Shown in pieces: positions 21,178 to 32,157 of a stretch of DNA of 64,000 bases. The DNA is taken from positions 444,859-508,858 of the forward strand of contig NW_003314307.1 in assembly GCF_000143415.4 (NCBI RefSeq), given 5' to 3'. Positions within the stretch are counted from its first letter, which is position 1. Every line of letters starts with the position of its first letter. The notes beneath the pieces were generated by a model that was given only the letters and a program-made list of their open reading frames with translations, was not told the DNA's origin and ran no database searches. Source of the DNA: Selaginella moellendorffii (taxonomy: Eukaryota; Plantae; Lycopodiophyta). A program made the position numbers and the translations under genes.

Positions 21178-24100
21178 ATGGCGTCCAATGCGAGCGAATC
21201 GGCGGTGCCTGCCATTGCGCATCCCACTCCCGGGGATTCTTTCGGTGTGGCGGCCAACATTGTCTACCATTCGCAGTTCTCTTCTCGATTCTCGCCGTTT
21301 AAGTTCGAGGTGGAGCAGGCATTCTATGCCACTGCGGCGAGCGTGAAAGACGCCCTTGTCCAGGTCTGTCTAGTCTCCTATTCACGATATAGAAATTTTT
21401 CTTGGATGGATTGTTAGAGGAAGAACATGATTCTTTTCTCTTGGTTGGATCCATGGATTTTTTATAGAGATGGAACGAAACATACAAGCATTTCCACGAG
21501 GAGGATCCCAAGCAAGTTTATTACTTGTCCATGGAGTTTCTGCAAGGAAGAGCGCTCACCAATGCCATTGGAAATCTCGGCCTCTCGGACGCTTACGCGG
21601 CTGCGCTGACGAAGCTGGGCCATGATCTCGAGAACGTACGAGAACAAGTAAGTTCTAAGTATCCAAACTTTGTGGTTTCGTTCGAGCTAAAGGAATTTTC
21701 TCTCCAAGGAAAAAGATGCAGCTCTTGGAAATGGAGGTCTCGGGAGGCTTGCCTCGTGTTTTCTAGATTCCATGGCGACTCTCGATTTACCTGCATGGGG
21801 ATATGGCCTACGATACAAGTACGGGCTTTTTAAGCAGATAATTTCCTCTAAAGGCCAGGAAGAATATGCAGAGGACTGGCTAGAGGTATTTCCCTTGCTT
21901 GTTAGCGAAGCAATCGTTCGTGCTCACTTGATCTTCCTTGGCAGAAGTCTAGTCCTTGGGAAATAGTCAGGCACGACGTAACATATCCAGTTCGATTTTT
22001 CGGTGAGGTGCAAGTCGATTCTGATGGAAGGTGATTTGTTTTTTGCTTCTAGCGTTTACAAAACTCTAAGCTCTTCTACCATCTTTCAAGGCGGAAATGG
22101 ATCGGGGGAGAAGTTATGCAGGCTCTGGCTTATGATATCCCCATCCCTGGCTACAACACAAAGAACACAATCAGCCTTCGAATTTGGGAAGCGCGCGTGC
22201 CCGCCGAAGATTTTGACTTGTATGCTTTTAACGCCGGAAAACACGAGGAAGCAGTTCAGCTACAGCTGAAGGCCGACCAGGTGTGTTCTTGTTCAAAACA
22301 AAACTTTGTTCGTATGACATATTTACTTCCTTCCAGATCTGCTCAGTTTTATATCCTGGAGACAGTACTGAAGATGGAAAGCTCTTGCGTCTGAAGCAGC
22401 AGTACATGCTGTGCAGTGCTTCGTTGCAGGTGATTGTGTGTGTTTTAAGCGTTTCAGCTTGAAAGTATAGTGTCTTCGTGATATAGGATATTTTCTCGCG
22501 TTTCAAAGAAAGACGTGGAGCTATCTCATGGGATGAGTTTCCAAATAAAGTTGCTGTTCAACTAAACGATACGCATCCAACGCTGGCAATTCCAGAATTG
22601 ATGAGGATTTTGATGGACGACGAAGGACTTGGATGGGATCAGGCGTGGAACATTACTTCCAGGTTGGTTCTTCTTTTTTCAAACAAGTAATTCCCGGTCT
22701 ATCAACTTTCTTCTATGTTGTCGATTCTAACAGCACTATAGCATATACTAACCATACAGTTCTTCCGGAAGCACTTGAGAAGTGGTCACAAGTTGTCATG
22801 GCCAAGCTTTTACCTCGGCATATGGAGATTATAGCAGAAATTGATAAGCGGGTAGGCATTCTCAGTCTCTCTCTCATTGAGTTTGTCTTATAAAATTGCT
22901 TGCATTTGCAGTTTCAAGTGCTTGTGGCTAGAACAAGGCCCGAGTTAGAAAGTAAACTGGAAGCTCTACAAGTTTTGGATAACTCCAACCCCGAAAAGAA
23001 GCTTGTGCGCATGGCACACTTGTGTGTTGTGTCTGCTCATTCGGTAACGTTTACAAATTTATAGCGAGGAAGGCCCGCTGATTATGCTTGCCAGGTGAAC
23101 GGAGTTGCAGAGCTGCACAGCGAGATATTGAAGAAGGAGCTCTTTTCCGACTTCTATTCGCTATGGCCCGAAAAATTTAATAACAAGACAAATGGTGTCA
23201 CTCCAAGGCGGTGGCTACGTTTTTGCAGCCCCGAATTAAGTGCGATCATTACCAAGTGGCTGAGGACTGATAAATGGGTCACAAACCTCGACCTTCTCAG
23301 TGGCCTGAGAGAGGTAAGATCTATATTTCGAAAGACAGGCGGTAAGTTTTGCCTTGAATTCAGTTTGCAGAGGACAAACAACTCCAGGAAGAATGGAACG
23401 CTGCCAAGCTAGCCAACAAAGTCCGGTTCGCAGATTACTTGCTCAAGGTTGTAGGGGTCGAAGTCAATCCACAAACTCTTTTCGACATTCAAATCAAGCG
23501 GATTCACGAGTATAAGCGTCAGCTGCTCAATATATTATCCGTGATCTATCGTTACAAAACGATCAAGGTCTGCCATAGTTATAAGTTTCCTCTCTCTTTT
23601 TTCTCGTTTCTAATAGCTGGTTGTCAATGTAGGAGATGAGTCCCGAAGAACGTGCGAACACTGTCCCACGAACTGTCATGTTCGGTGGCAAAGCTTTTGC
23701 AACTTACGCACAGGCAAAACGAATTGTCAAACTTGTTACTGACGTTGGAGCTGTTGTCAACAATGATCCCAACGTTTCTCCACATCTCAAGGTACGAAAG
23801 CTTGTGATGCTTTCAATACCAAAAACCGAGATCGCTTCCTCTATCCAGGTTGTTTTCATTCCAAATTACAATGTCACGGTGGCAGAGCTCGCCATCCCAG
23901 CCAGTGAGCTCTCGCAGCACATCAGCACGGCTGGAATGGAAGCAAGCGGTACGAGCAACATGAAGTTTGCGCTCAACGGGAGCCTGATAATCGGGACACT
24001 GGACGGAGCCAACATTGAGATCCGAGAGGAAATTGGTGAAGACAACTTCTTCCTCTTTGGTGCTCGAGCCGACGACGTCCCCAGGCTGAGAAAAGAAAGA

Positions 24101-24543
24101 GAACAAGGCAAAGTAATGCTTCTCAATCCTATGATCATCTCTTAACTTCTCATGTGTTCTTGTAGTTTGTTCCCGACCCGCGCTTCGAAGAGGTGAAGGA
24201 CCTCATTCGCTCGAAAGCGTTTGGCGATTTCGATTACGAGCCACTGTTAGAGGCTCTTGAGGGTGACACCGGCTATGGCCGAGGGGATTATTTTCTCGTC
24301 GGTCAAGACTTCCCCGAGTACCTGGATGCCCAAGACAAAGTCGACGAGACTTACAAGTATAGACACATTCCTTTCCTCCTTGAGCTGTGACTTACATCAC
24401 TCTTTTTCCTGTCCAGGAATCGCGCAAAATGGATGAAGATGTCGATTCTTAGCACTGCTGGGTCGGGAAAGTTTAGCAGCGACAGGACCATCTCACAGTA
24501 CGCCAATGAGATCTGGCAAGTTGGCCAGTGCCGTGTTCCATGA
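21178..24543 (+). CDS. PHS2: Alpha-1,4-glucan phosphorylase, cytosolic (H) type, multi-exon
   Basis: [64 protein letters not shown] (PLP lysine), GKFSSDRTI. No transit peptide or L78-type insertion is visible. Confidence 0.95.
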
Positions 24544-24726
24544 ACACAAGAAGTAAGACACATAGTATTACGTTCTAAACGAACTCTTTCATCTCGCTTT
24601 CTTTGTCAACAGAGGGCACGCTTCGAGCACGCGTGGACGTGGAATCTTATTGGGTGTATTCGCTTATAGATATCATATAGAGGGCTATCACTGTTCACAG
24701 TGTGTTTGTTTGCTTGGGAGAGAACG

Positions 24727-24990
24727 ATGAGCGGAGAGAAACCTTGCTGCGCAGGTAAGTTTCGATTTTCTCCATTCATGATCTAAGCTTGCTCGGCTGC
24801 AGATAAATGGGACGAATTCGTCGGCATGGACGCCGAGGAAGCCAAGAAGAAGCTCAAGGAGGTTCACAGCACCCTTGATGTTGTGATCCTTCCAGAGGGC
24901 AGCATAATGACCATGGATTTTCGCAAGGACCGAGTGCGGCTCTTCACGGATTCTAACAACAAAGTGAGTCAAGTTCCCAAGCTAGGATGA
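24727..24990 (+). CDS. Potato inhibitor I (I13) family serine protease inhibitor, 2 exons
   Basis: Removing intron 24755-24802 gives MSGEKPCCADKWDEFVGMDAEEAKKKLKEVHSTLDVVILPEGSIMTMDFRKDRVRLFTDSNNKVSQVPKLG*, with W.E.VG, T.DFR.DRVR.F and P..G motifs. Absent from the ORF track. Confidence 0.9.
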
Positions 24991-25053
24991 TGGATCATTC
25001 CTAGTTTGGGGTAGTGCTACTATAAAATAAAAGCGAGCTACCTGAGATCATGA

Positions 25054-26249
25054 TCACTTGGTCTCTTCCGGTGTCTTGCTTTCCTTTCCTGTAAGAAGCC
25101 CTCTGATCTTCACGTCATACAAAATCTCTTCGACTTTCTTGAGGTCGTATTTCAATCCTTCACGCAAGGAAAAAAAAAAAAGAAAAGAAAAGAAAGAAAC
25201 TGGGTCAGTGTAGAGCGAAAGATTTTCACTTCGTACCGTCAAATCGCTTCCTGAGATGATCGTTTCGGAGATTGAGGAGCCGGAACGCGGAGTACAAATC
25301 ACTCAAGAACAGCGAAACTCTCTCGGGACAATCGTAAGCTCCCGCGACAACTTGATTCACGACGTATCTTGGCTGTGCACAGTATGGAAAGAAGTTAAAA
25401 ATCCTCACAAAACGTACAATAAAAACCACGCATTTACACATACCAGCTCGCTGGACATGTTGCATAGGCCTGCGACAAAGATCAAAGATCAAAACACGAA
25501 AATAAAGCCTGGAGGCTCGAAACTTACCCACTAGATAGTCGTCTAGATCCAGAAAGAAATCTTCTTTCTTCACTGCAAATGATGAGAATGAAGTAAGCCG
25601 AGAATGAAGTTGTAATCGAGCTTACGCTCCAGGAGCTCTTGCGCGTCAGCGTGAGAAAGAAGATCTCCAGTCTCCAACCAGTGCGAGAATGCGAGCAAGG
25701 AAACCACGACCTGCGTTTGATTCCGCCAGTAATCGTGATACCTGGAAGACAAAAAAGAAAAGAGCTAGCTCTCAAACCATCCATCCATGACAAACACACA
25801 CGCAAGAAGAAAGAAAAAAAAAACATCGTACATACACTTACTTGTAGTACTCCTCGGGCCGAGCTTTGATGATCGCCGTGAGCTCCATGTAAGCCTTTCG
25901 TATCTCTGGAAGGTAGCTCTTGGCTTTCTTGATACTATCTGGAAGCTTAAAAGTTTAAAGAGAAGAACGCAATAGATCTACGCTTACCGCCGGAGGAGGA
26001 GTGATGGATTGGAAGCAATGCCGCATTCATGAGGCGAGTGGCGTTGTCCAGCTCTGACACCGCCGATCGAAGCTGCTCCCTCACGGCATTGGACGCATCC
26101 ATCTCTGCGCGGAACGATTCAAACTGCTCCATGGCGCCGCAGCAGGCCGTGGCGGTGGTGGAGCAAGCGCGAAGGCGCACCGATCCTCTAGGGCTAGCGC
26201 TGCGTGCGACGGAGAAGAGACGAAGAGCCCGGAACGCCACGACAGACAT
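25054..26249 (-). CDS. TSN: Translin, multi-exon, with N-terminal extension
   Basis: RYHDYWRNQTQ, LDLDDYLVGLCNMSSELPRYVVNQV, FRLLNLRNDHLRKRFDGLKYDLKKVEEILYDVKIRGL. Confidence 0.92.
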
Positions 26250-27361
26250 TAGGGTTTAAACGGATCCATTAACCCTAAACCCTAAACAGGTCTCTTTAGT
26301 GCATAGCTAATGAAATGTCTGAATTGTTTGTCCATTCTGTGGAGTGTATCCAATTTCTTATCAATGAGATTGATGACATTTTGGAAGTTCTTTTAAACTC
26401 TAGATTTCCATCTACATTAAAAGTTGGATTGGGCCTTTTTGAAGAACAAATCGTACGAAGAAACACACCCAGCTTATCTATTGTGTGGAGGGTATTTCGA
26501 TCTATAACATCATGCTAGTGATCCTGACATTCACGAGTTGATGGATGATGTTGAAATATTCGGGATCAAGGTCCGCATGAAATCATGAAGAGAAATCTGG
26601 ATGACACACCCTTGAAGAAAGTCTGGGAGGAAGTTTAGAACCGCGAACAAGCAATATCCCCAGGTTTATTGATTACAATGGCTTGAAGTTAATCGGCATG
26701 GAAGAATGCAAACCTTTAATCGAGGCAGGGCTATCCATTCTAAAGTTCTCCGAAGAAGAAGTAAATGTAGAAGGGAGTAAAGGAGGTCCCACTGCTTTAG
26801 CCAAAAATAAGCTTGTAACAGTTCCAAGCAAGAGCAAATCGACCCAAGGTAATTCATAACTACTTTTCAGGACTATGTGTTTGTATTTTGCAGCCTTTAA
26901 GATCTTTGTGTGGGATTCCTCTTACTATCCAGGCAAAGTGGTGGCTGTGCATGGGCCGCATCCAAATTTTGGGTCTGGACAATCAGGAATTGGAAGAGCA
27001 TTTCATTTGCGGATTAATGACAACATATGGTTGGAACAATCCCAAAACTGGAAGTGATTACAAGACAGCCGTATGTGGCCTCATTGTGAATCCAATAAGA
27101 AATGTAAATTATAAATATCTATTATTATCTTATAGACTATTGAGTTTTAGTGGCTTTCAACATGATTTAGTACAGTGCTAGCTAAATCATATTAATTTTC
27201 ATAAAGAAGCTCAAGCTTAAGGGAATAGAATATATATATATTGATCGTAGCAATACAACACAAAATGAATATTCCAGTTAATATATTGATAAAATTTAAA
27301 TTTCTACTAATCTTGAATATAAACCATTAAGCGTGCTTAAACGTACACATGCTTGTTGATC

Positions 27362-28606
27362 CTACGTTTGACGTGATGTGACAAAAGTGTATGATTTCAG
27401 CCATTGCGGCCTTAAGTCTATTGTAACATGTGCTGCTGGGCTGATTTGAGGACCTCGCTGATGGTTTGCGATGAAGGCAGCGAATTCTTCCAGAGGAGGA
27501 GCTGTCTCCCATCGATAGTAAGACTCATGCGATGCCGAACTATTGAAGTAATAGTTGCAGCACCAATTGAGAAGCGCGAGGAAGGACTCGTTTTTTTCAT
27601 GAGAGGAGCAATCGTCCTGTGCTGGCCTTGTCGTCGTTCTCCTGGAGAGTTTCCGGACGAAGCTCTCCAAAACTGTCATGTTGATTTGCCCTTCCACATC
27701 AATGAGGAACTCTCCAATCTCCGAGAAAACCTCCTTGTATGTCGCTTGCAGTATGTTGACACCACCTTTCACGCTGGGAAAACCCACGTTTGGGAGAAAG
27801 TCATTCCCGAGGAAGAAGCACATGAACACGAAGTCCCTCATTGCGGATCTCGATCTCACTTTGGAGGGCTCCTTCATTTCAACCTCCAAGTCCCGAATCA
27901 GCTTGTCAATCCTTAAAATCTTGTAATCCATGCCTCCTTCCTTCCTGGGCGTTTGCCTGAGAATGTTGATCTTCTTCGAGACCGGGCTGGCCAGGGAATG
28001 CATGATTAAATCCGCATCACGTCCAACCACGCAGAAAGTGTCGTGGGCGTTGAAAGGCACAGTCTTGATGTGCTTGAAGATCTTGTACTCTCCCTCTCCA
28101 TCCTCCTCCGTTGTCGAGAGAATCCACTTCATCCTTGGATGGGCACTGCTCATTCTAGCTACAAGACCTCGCAGTTCCCTCACCACACCGTCCATGAATG
28201 GCGTTCCATGGCAAACCATCGCGAACCTTTCCTTTTCGTTCTTTGGAAGAAACCGATCATCCACGGATGACGGATCCAGCTCCTCCTCCTTCGAAACAGT
28301 ACCTTGCCCGTTGGACTTCTTAAAGATCTTGTGGAAAGTCTTTGCAGCTGGAGGCCTTCCATCGAGAGCCAAGAACACAAGCTTGCTGGGCGACGCGATA
28401 CTCAAGATGGTGTGCATGGAATCCACGAACTCTCGATAGAAGCCGGCGAAGGTGGCGGGGTAGTCCTCCCTCTCCAAAATCACAAAGATGGCGGAGCCTA
28501 CATCTACGTACAAGTTGGCGCATGTTGAAAGCAGCCCCGTGTTGGCATCACAAACGCAGTCCGGGTGTTCTTTCAAAACCGATGCAAAATAGACTGGAAT
28601 TCCCAT
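27362..28606 (-). CDS. Intronless minimal XRN-family 5'-3' exoribonuclease-like protein (414 aa)
   Basis: MGIP, NLYVD, FLALDG..P.AK, GTPFM, GEGEYKI, GRDADLI, DFVFMCFFLGNDFLP, W...YY...APP. All seven catalytic acidic positions are recognisable. Confidence 0.88.
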   Translation of the reverse strand: MGIPVYFASVLKEHPDCVCDANTGLLSTCANLYVDVGSAIFVILEREDYPATFAGFYREFVDSMHTILSIASPSKLVFLALDGRPPAAKTFHKIFKKSNGQGTVSKEEELDPSSVDDRFLPKNEKERFAMVCHGTPFMDGVVRELRGLVARMSSAHPRMKWILSTTEEDGEGEYKIFKHIKTVPFNAHDTFCVVGRDADLIMHSLASPVSKKINILRQTPRKEGGMDYKILRIDKLIRDLEVEMKEPSKVRSRSAMRDFVFMCFFLGNDFLPNVGFPSVKGGVNILQATYKEVFSEIGEFLIDVEGQINMTVLESFVRKLSRRTTTRPAQDDCSSHEKNESFLALLNWCCNYYFNSSASHESYYRWETAPPLEEFAAFIANHQRGPQISPAAHVTIDLRPQWLKSYTFVTSRQT

Positions 28607-28738
28607 CTGAGAGACAAGGGTTTCTACAGCATTGGATCCTTTTATAATCCAGGCATCCTTAACCTTTTCCCTATATAAACTAAAAGGCAGTTAACATTAA
28701 CCACGTTTTAACTACAGCTTTAAACCTTAAACTTCCAT

Positions 28739-30909
28739 TCAATAGAGATGCTTGGAGTTTTCGTGATTTTTCCAAGCTCTCGAGCACATCCTCGTCTCTG
28801 GGTCATACTCCCACAAGCCTGCTCGCGTTTGTCTCTCGATCTTTTGCTGGTGTCCGGTCTTCCAGTTGTTGTGGAGAATCACACAGCCAAGTCTCTGGCA
28901 AGTTCCTCTCACGTCTTTGCTGTCCCAGATGAGCTTGTAGGCTCCGTTTGGATACCGCCAGCGATCCAGGAACTCGACTGTGAGATTGGTCTCCGGCTCC
29001 ACACACGAAGAATTGCCTTTCCTGTGCTTCCCATCCTCGCCGCACAAAACGTCGTAGAAGCTTGGCTGCTCCGAGAGCTTCGACTTGGCGGCGTGCTTGA
29101 CGATCTTGCGGAAGGAAACTATGGTGGCGTTGTCCGACCACGCGAAGTAGAAGCCGGAATTCAGTCGGCGAGGGAGATTAACAGCTTCTGGAAAGAGTGT
29201 GATATAGATGAGAGCTAAACTTCCAAACGTACCATACCTTTCTCATTGTACTCGTCCGTTTGTGCTGCTAGAACTCCCGGCCCGAAAGCCATGAGCTCTC
29301 GAATCGGGCTGCTAAACCAATACACGTCCACGTCGCTGAAGAGAACGCTGTAGCCAAGCTCCAGAATTCGCAGCACGGTTCTAGACTTGGACTTGGTCAC
29401 TGTTTTAAAGCAGCTACTTCCAAACGTGCAGTCCTTGGAATCACTTCTCCCAGACTCCGTTCGAAATACAGGCAATCCCTGCGATAGAGTTTTTCCAGGT
29501 CTTAGAACTTCACAAAGAGCAAAGAGAAATAAACAGTGACTTACTTGTAGAATCCCGAACTGGTACATTTCCTTGTCAATGGTGGCTACCAGATAGTTCG
29601 TAACGTTGAGATGGCGAAGGCGGCACACCCAGCTCATTAGCATGTCCCTGTAGCTGTGACTTACGACTGTGAGCACCACTACCTTGTCCGGACTGGAAAC
29701 TTTGAGCAGCAATGACTCGAGCTGGTACGAATAGCCACTGGTGATCGAAGAGAGATTTCCAGAAACCTGGTGCTGCGATGAAGAACAATCTAGCTGTGGA
29801 GCTGAAAGTTTCCCGCAGGAACTCTCACTTTCGTGGACATAGCGCCGGAAACTCGTCATTAAGGCCTGGCTTCTCCCTCCAGCGTCACAGCTTTGATGGC
29901 ACAGCTGCGATCCACAAGGGAAGAGCCTGGCTACCGGCTGGTTTGAGAAATGTGGTGGCTTGAAAGCGTAGGAGCCGTAAGTTCTCGCTAGTCGAGCATT
30001 GGCATCAACTTCCCAGGAGCTCGATGGTGGTGCTTGGATTGTGTCGTTGCTCAAGAGTATCTGGAACGCTCCAAGTGCTTCACTCACGTCAATCACCACC
30101 CGCAGCTCTGATGCTATGGCCTCGTTTAGCATCCACTGGTTGTAGAAGCCGGCTCCATACCGGAAAGGTGGAAGAACACCAGCGTGAAGTGGTACCTGGG
30201 ATGGATTCCAAGCCCAGAGTTTTACTCCACCACACTCGGACCAGCGACCATTCTTGCTGACATAGTCCTCCACCTTCATCAAATTGAGATCGCTGAAGAA
30301 GGAAACCATAGAGAAGAAGAAGATTCTTACCTGGTGAAGCTTGTCGATCGCGAGAGAAGATCCAGGCAGTGTCTTGGACGTGGCAACCATGAGCCAGTGA
30401 CGATGCTGGAGGCTCCTGACATGACTAAGAACTTTGGTGAGGCTGGGAGGAAGAACAACGTCCGGATCAACGATAACTACTACTCCCGAGCTGACTGATC
30501 GAGCTCTCGCGACCATCGAGTGGAAGAATGGCACTCCCTGGAAGCTACATTCTGTAAAGATCCTTAGAACACTCTTCCCAAAAAATTTCGCAACAACTTA
30601 CGTAGAATCCACGTTTGATTCAACCGAGATGCAATGCTCTTGATCAAGGGAAGAAACCACTCGATGCAGCGATGGATCCGATCCCAGAAGCACCACACAG
30701 GGCGGCGGGACGAGATCCAGCCACGAATGGAGCGCCAGGCGCTGCATTGGGGCTTCGATGCTGGATGGAGCTGCAAAAATGGTGAGATTCAGCGCTGGAT
30801 TTGTGGACTGGAGCTGGAGATTGCGGCCGTGCGGCAGACCGATCCTGTGAGTGGCGTAGAGCGAGGCGAGGACGAGCGCCATTCCCACAATCCATGTCGA
30901 GACTAGCAT
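28739..30909 (-). CDS. RAY1: GT77 nucleotide-diphospho-sugar transferase, beta-arabinofuranosyltransferase RAY1-like
   Basis: N-terminal TM; LTIFAAP..QRLALHSWL; GVPFFHSMVARA; YRDMLMSWVCRLRHL; VLFSDVDVYWF (DxD); LNSGFYF; ILHNNW. Confidence 0.82.
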
Positions 30910-30943
30910 TGCGATTTTACAAAAATTAGGGTTCTTGAGAGCA

Positions 30944-31840
30944 ATGCTCCTTTTCTCGTGGATCCGTGCGTGGATCCAGTCGTGGATCCGGCGATTGTTT
31001 GCGCCAGCTAAGCGCCAGGAGCGGATCGCAGCGAGGAAACGCGCCGAGGATTTGTTCGATGTTCCAGGATCGACTGTGATCGTGAGGTTCTCTCGATTTT
31101 CAGTAGAGATTTTTGATATAGATTGGTTTCTCTAGGAAGGATGCATCCACGGCAGAGTGGGATGATCGGATTGGAATGGCTCGAGTCGCAAATCCAAGAG
31201 GAAAAATCTGGAACACGACTGGAGTGATTCGTAGTTCTTCGCTGCTATGCAATGTGGAAGAAACCATGTAAGCGATAAAACAAATTTCTTTTCGATTGGA
31301 TGATCTTCAAATTTCTTGGTCCAGCTATCTTGTGGAGCAAGGATGTCTCGTTCTCACTTTGCAAGGAAGAACTATGGATCTCCACGAAGTTCTCGAGCTT
31401 CTGGGAGTGGAAAAGAATGGCTGCTCGATGGACGCTTACAACGTCTACTCGCATTTCAAAGCTCTTGGCTATGTCGTCTCTCGCCACAATGTGGATTGGA
31501 CGGCCAAGGAAGAACTCGAATCGATCGACAGAGAAAGAGATGATCATTCTTCTTCTTCTTCTCTCAAGTTGGTCTTTGACGTCTACGCTCCAAACAGCCA
31601 GTTTAGAAAGACATCACCTGGAGTCCCGCTTTTCAGCCTCTGTGTCTCGAGGTAAGATCCTTGGAACTCTTCTCGAAACTTTGATACCAGCGTGCCAGAT
31701 CTTGTAGGACTGCTCCAACCAAGAACCAAGTTAACACTTTGGAACGGGGAAGCAAAGTACCAGTTAAGTTTGCGACGGTCCAAGGTGGACATGTTGGAAT
31801 TTTCTCCTTCACCACAGTGGAGCTTCCATGCTTGTCCTAG
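30944..31840 (+). CDS. SEN54: tRNA-splicing endonuclease subunit SEN54-like, multi-exon
   Basis: Spliced reading STAEWDDRIGMARV..RGKIWNTTG...NVEETIYLVEQG, YNVYSHFKALGYVVSRH, VFDVYAPNSQFRKTSPG; ends FSFTTVELPCLS*. Start codon inferred. Confidence 0.82.
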
Positions 31841-32157
31841 AACCAGTGGGTCACGCTTGACGTTCTTGACAAAATCATAAAAACGATAATGTCATTGTAA
31901 CTTGAAGCGAGTCAAGTCGATCTCATGAACTTTCTTGTCAATGGCGTTTCGAAAGAGTAATATGATGACCCTGCGACGATTCATCACAATGACATAGTGT
32001 TTCTCTGTCACCTGTGTCGTGTTTAAACGTCTCTTGGCCTCGTGATCTGGAAAGTTGGATCTGACTGACTTCCCGCTCATGACTCGATGAATTCTTACTG
32101 AGACAAAAGAGAAGCATTACATTCGAAGACTTCAATCTACTATAAATTGACAAGCAA

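Noticed and set aside
26250-26287. Interstitial telomere remnant
   Set aside because: Only 2-3 AAACCCT units next to a start codon, i.e. ordinary promoter telo-boxes.
26315-27180. Short ORFs between translin and XRN
   Set aside because: Stop-interrupted with no recognisable family; could be a decayed gene but cannot be supported.
25054-31840. RNA-metabolism gene cluster (translin, XRN, SEN54)
   Set aside because: Interrupted by an unrelated glycosyltransferase, with no evidence of co-regulation; proximity is expected by chance at this gene density.
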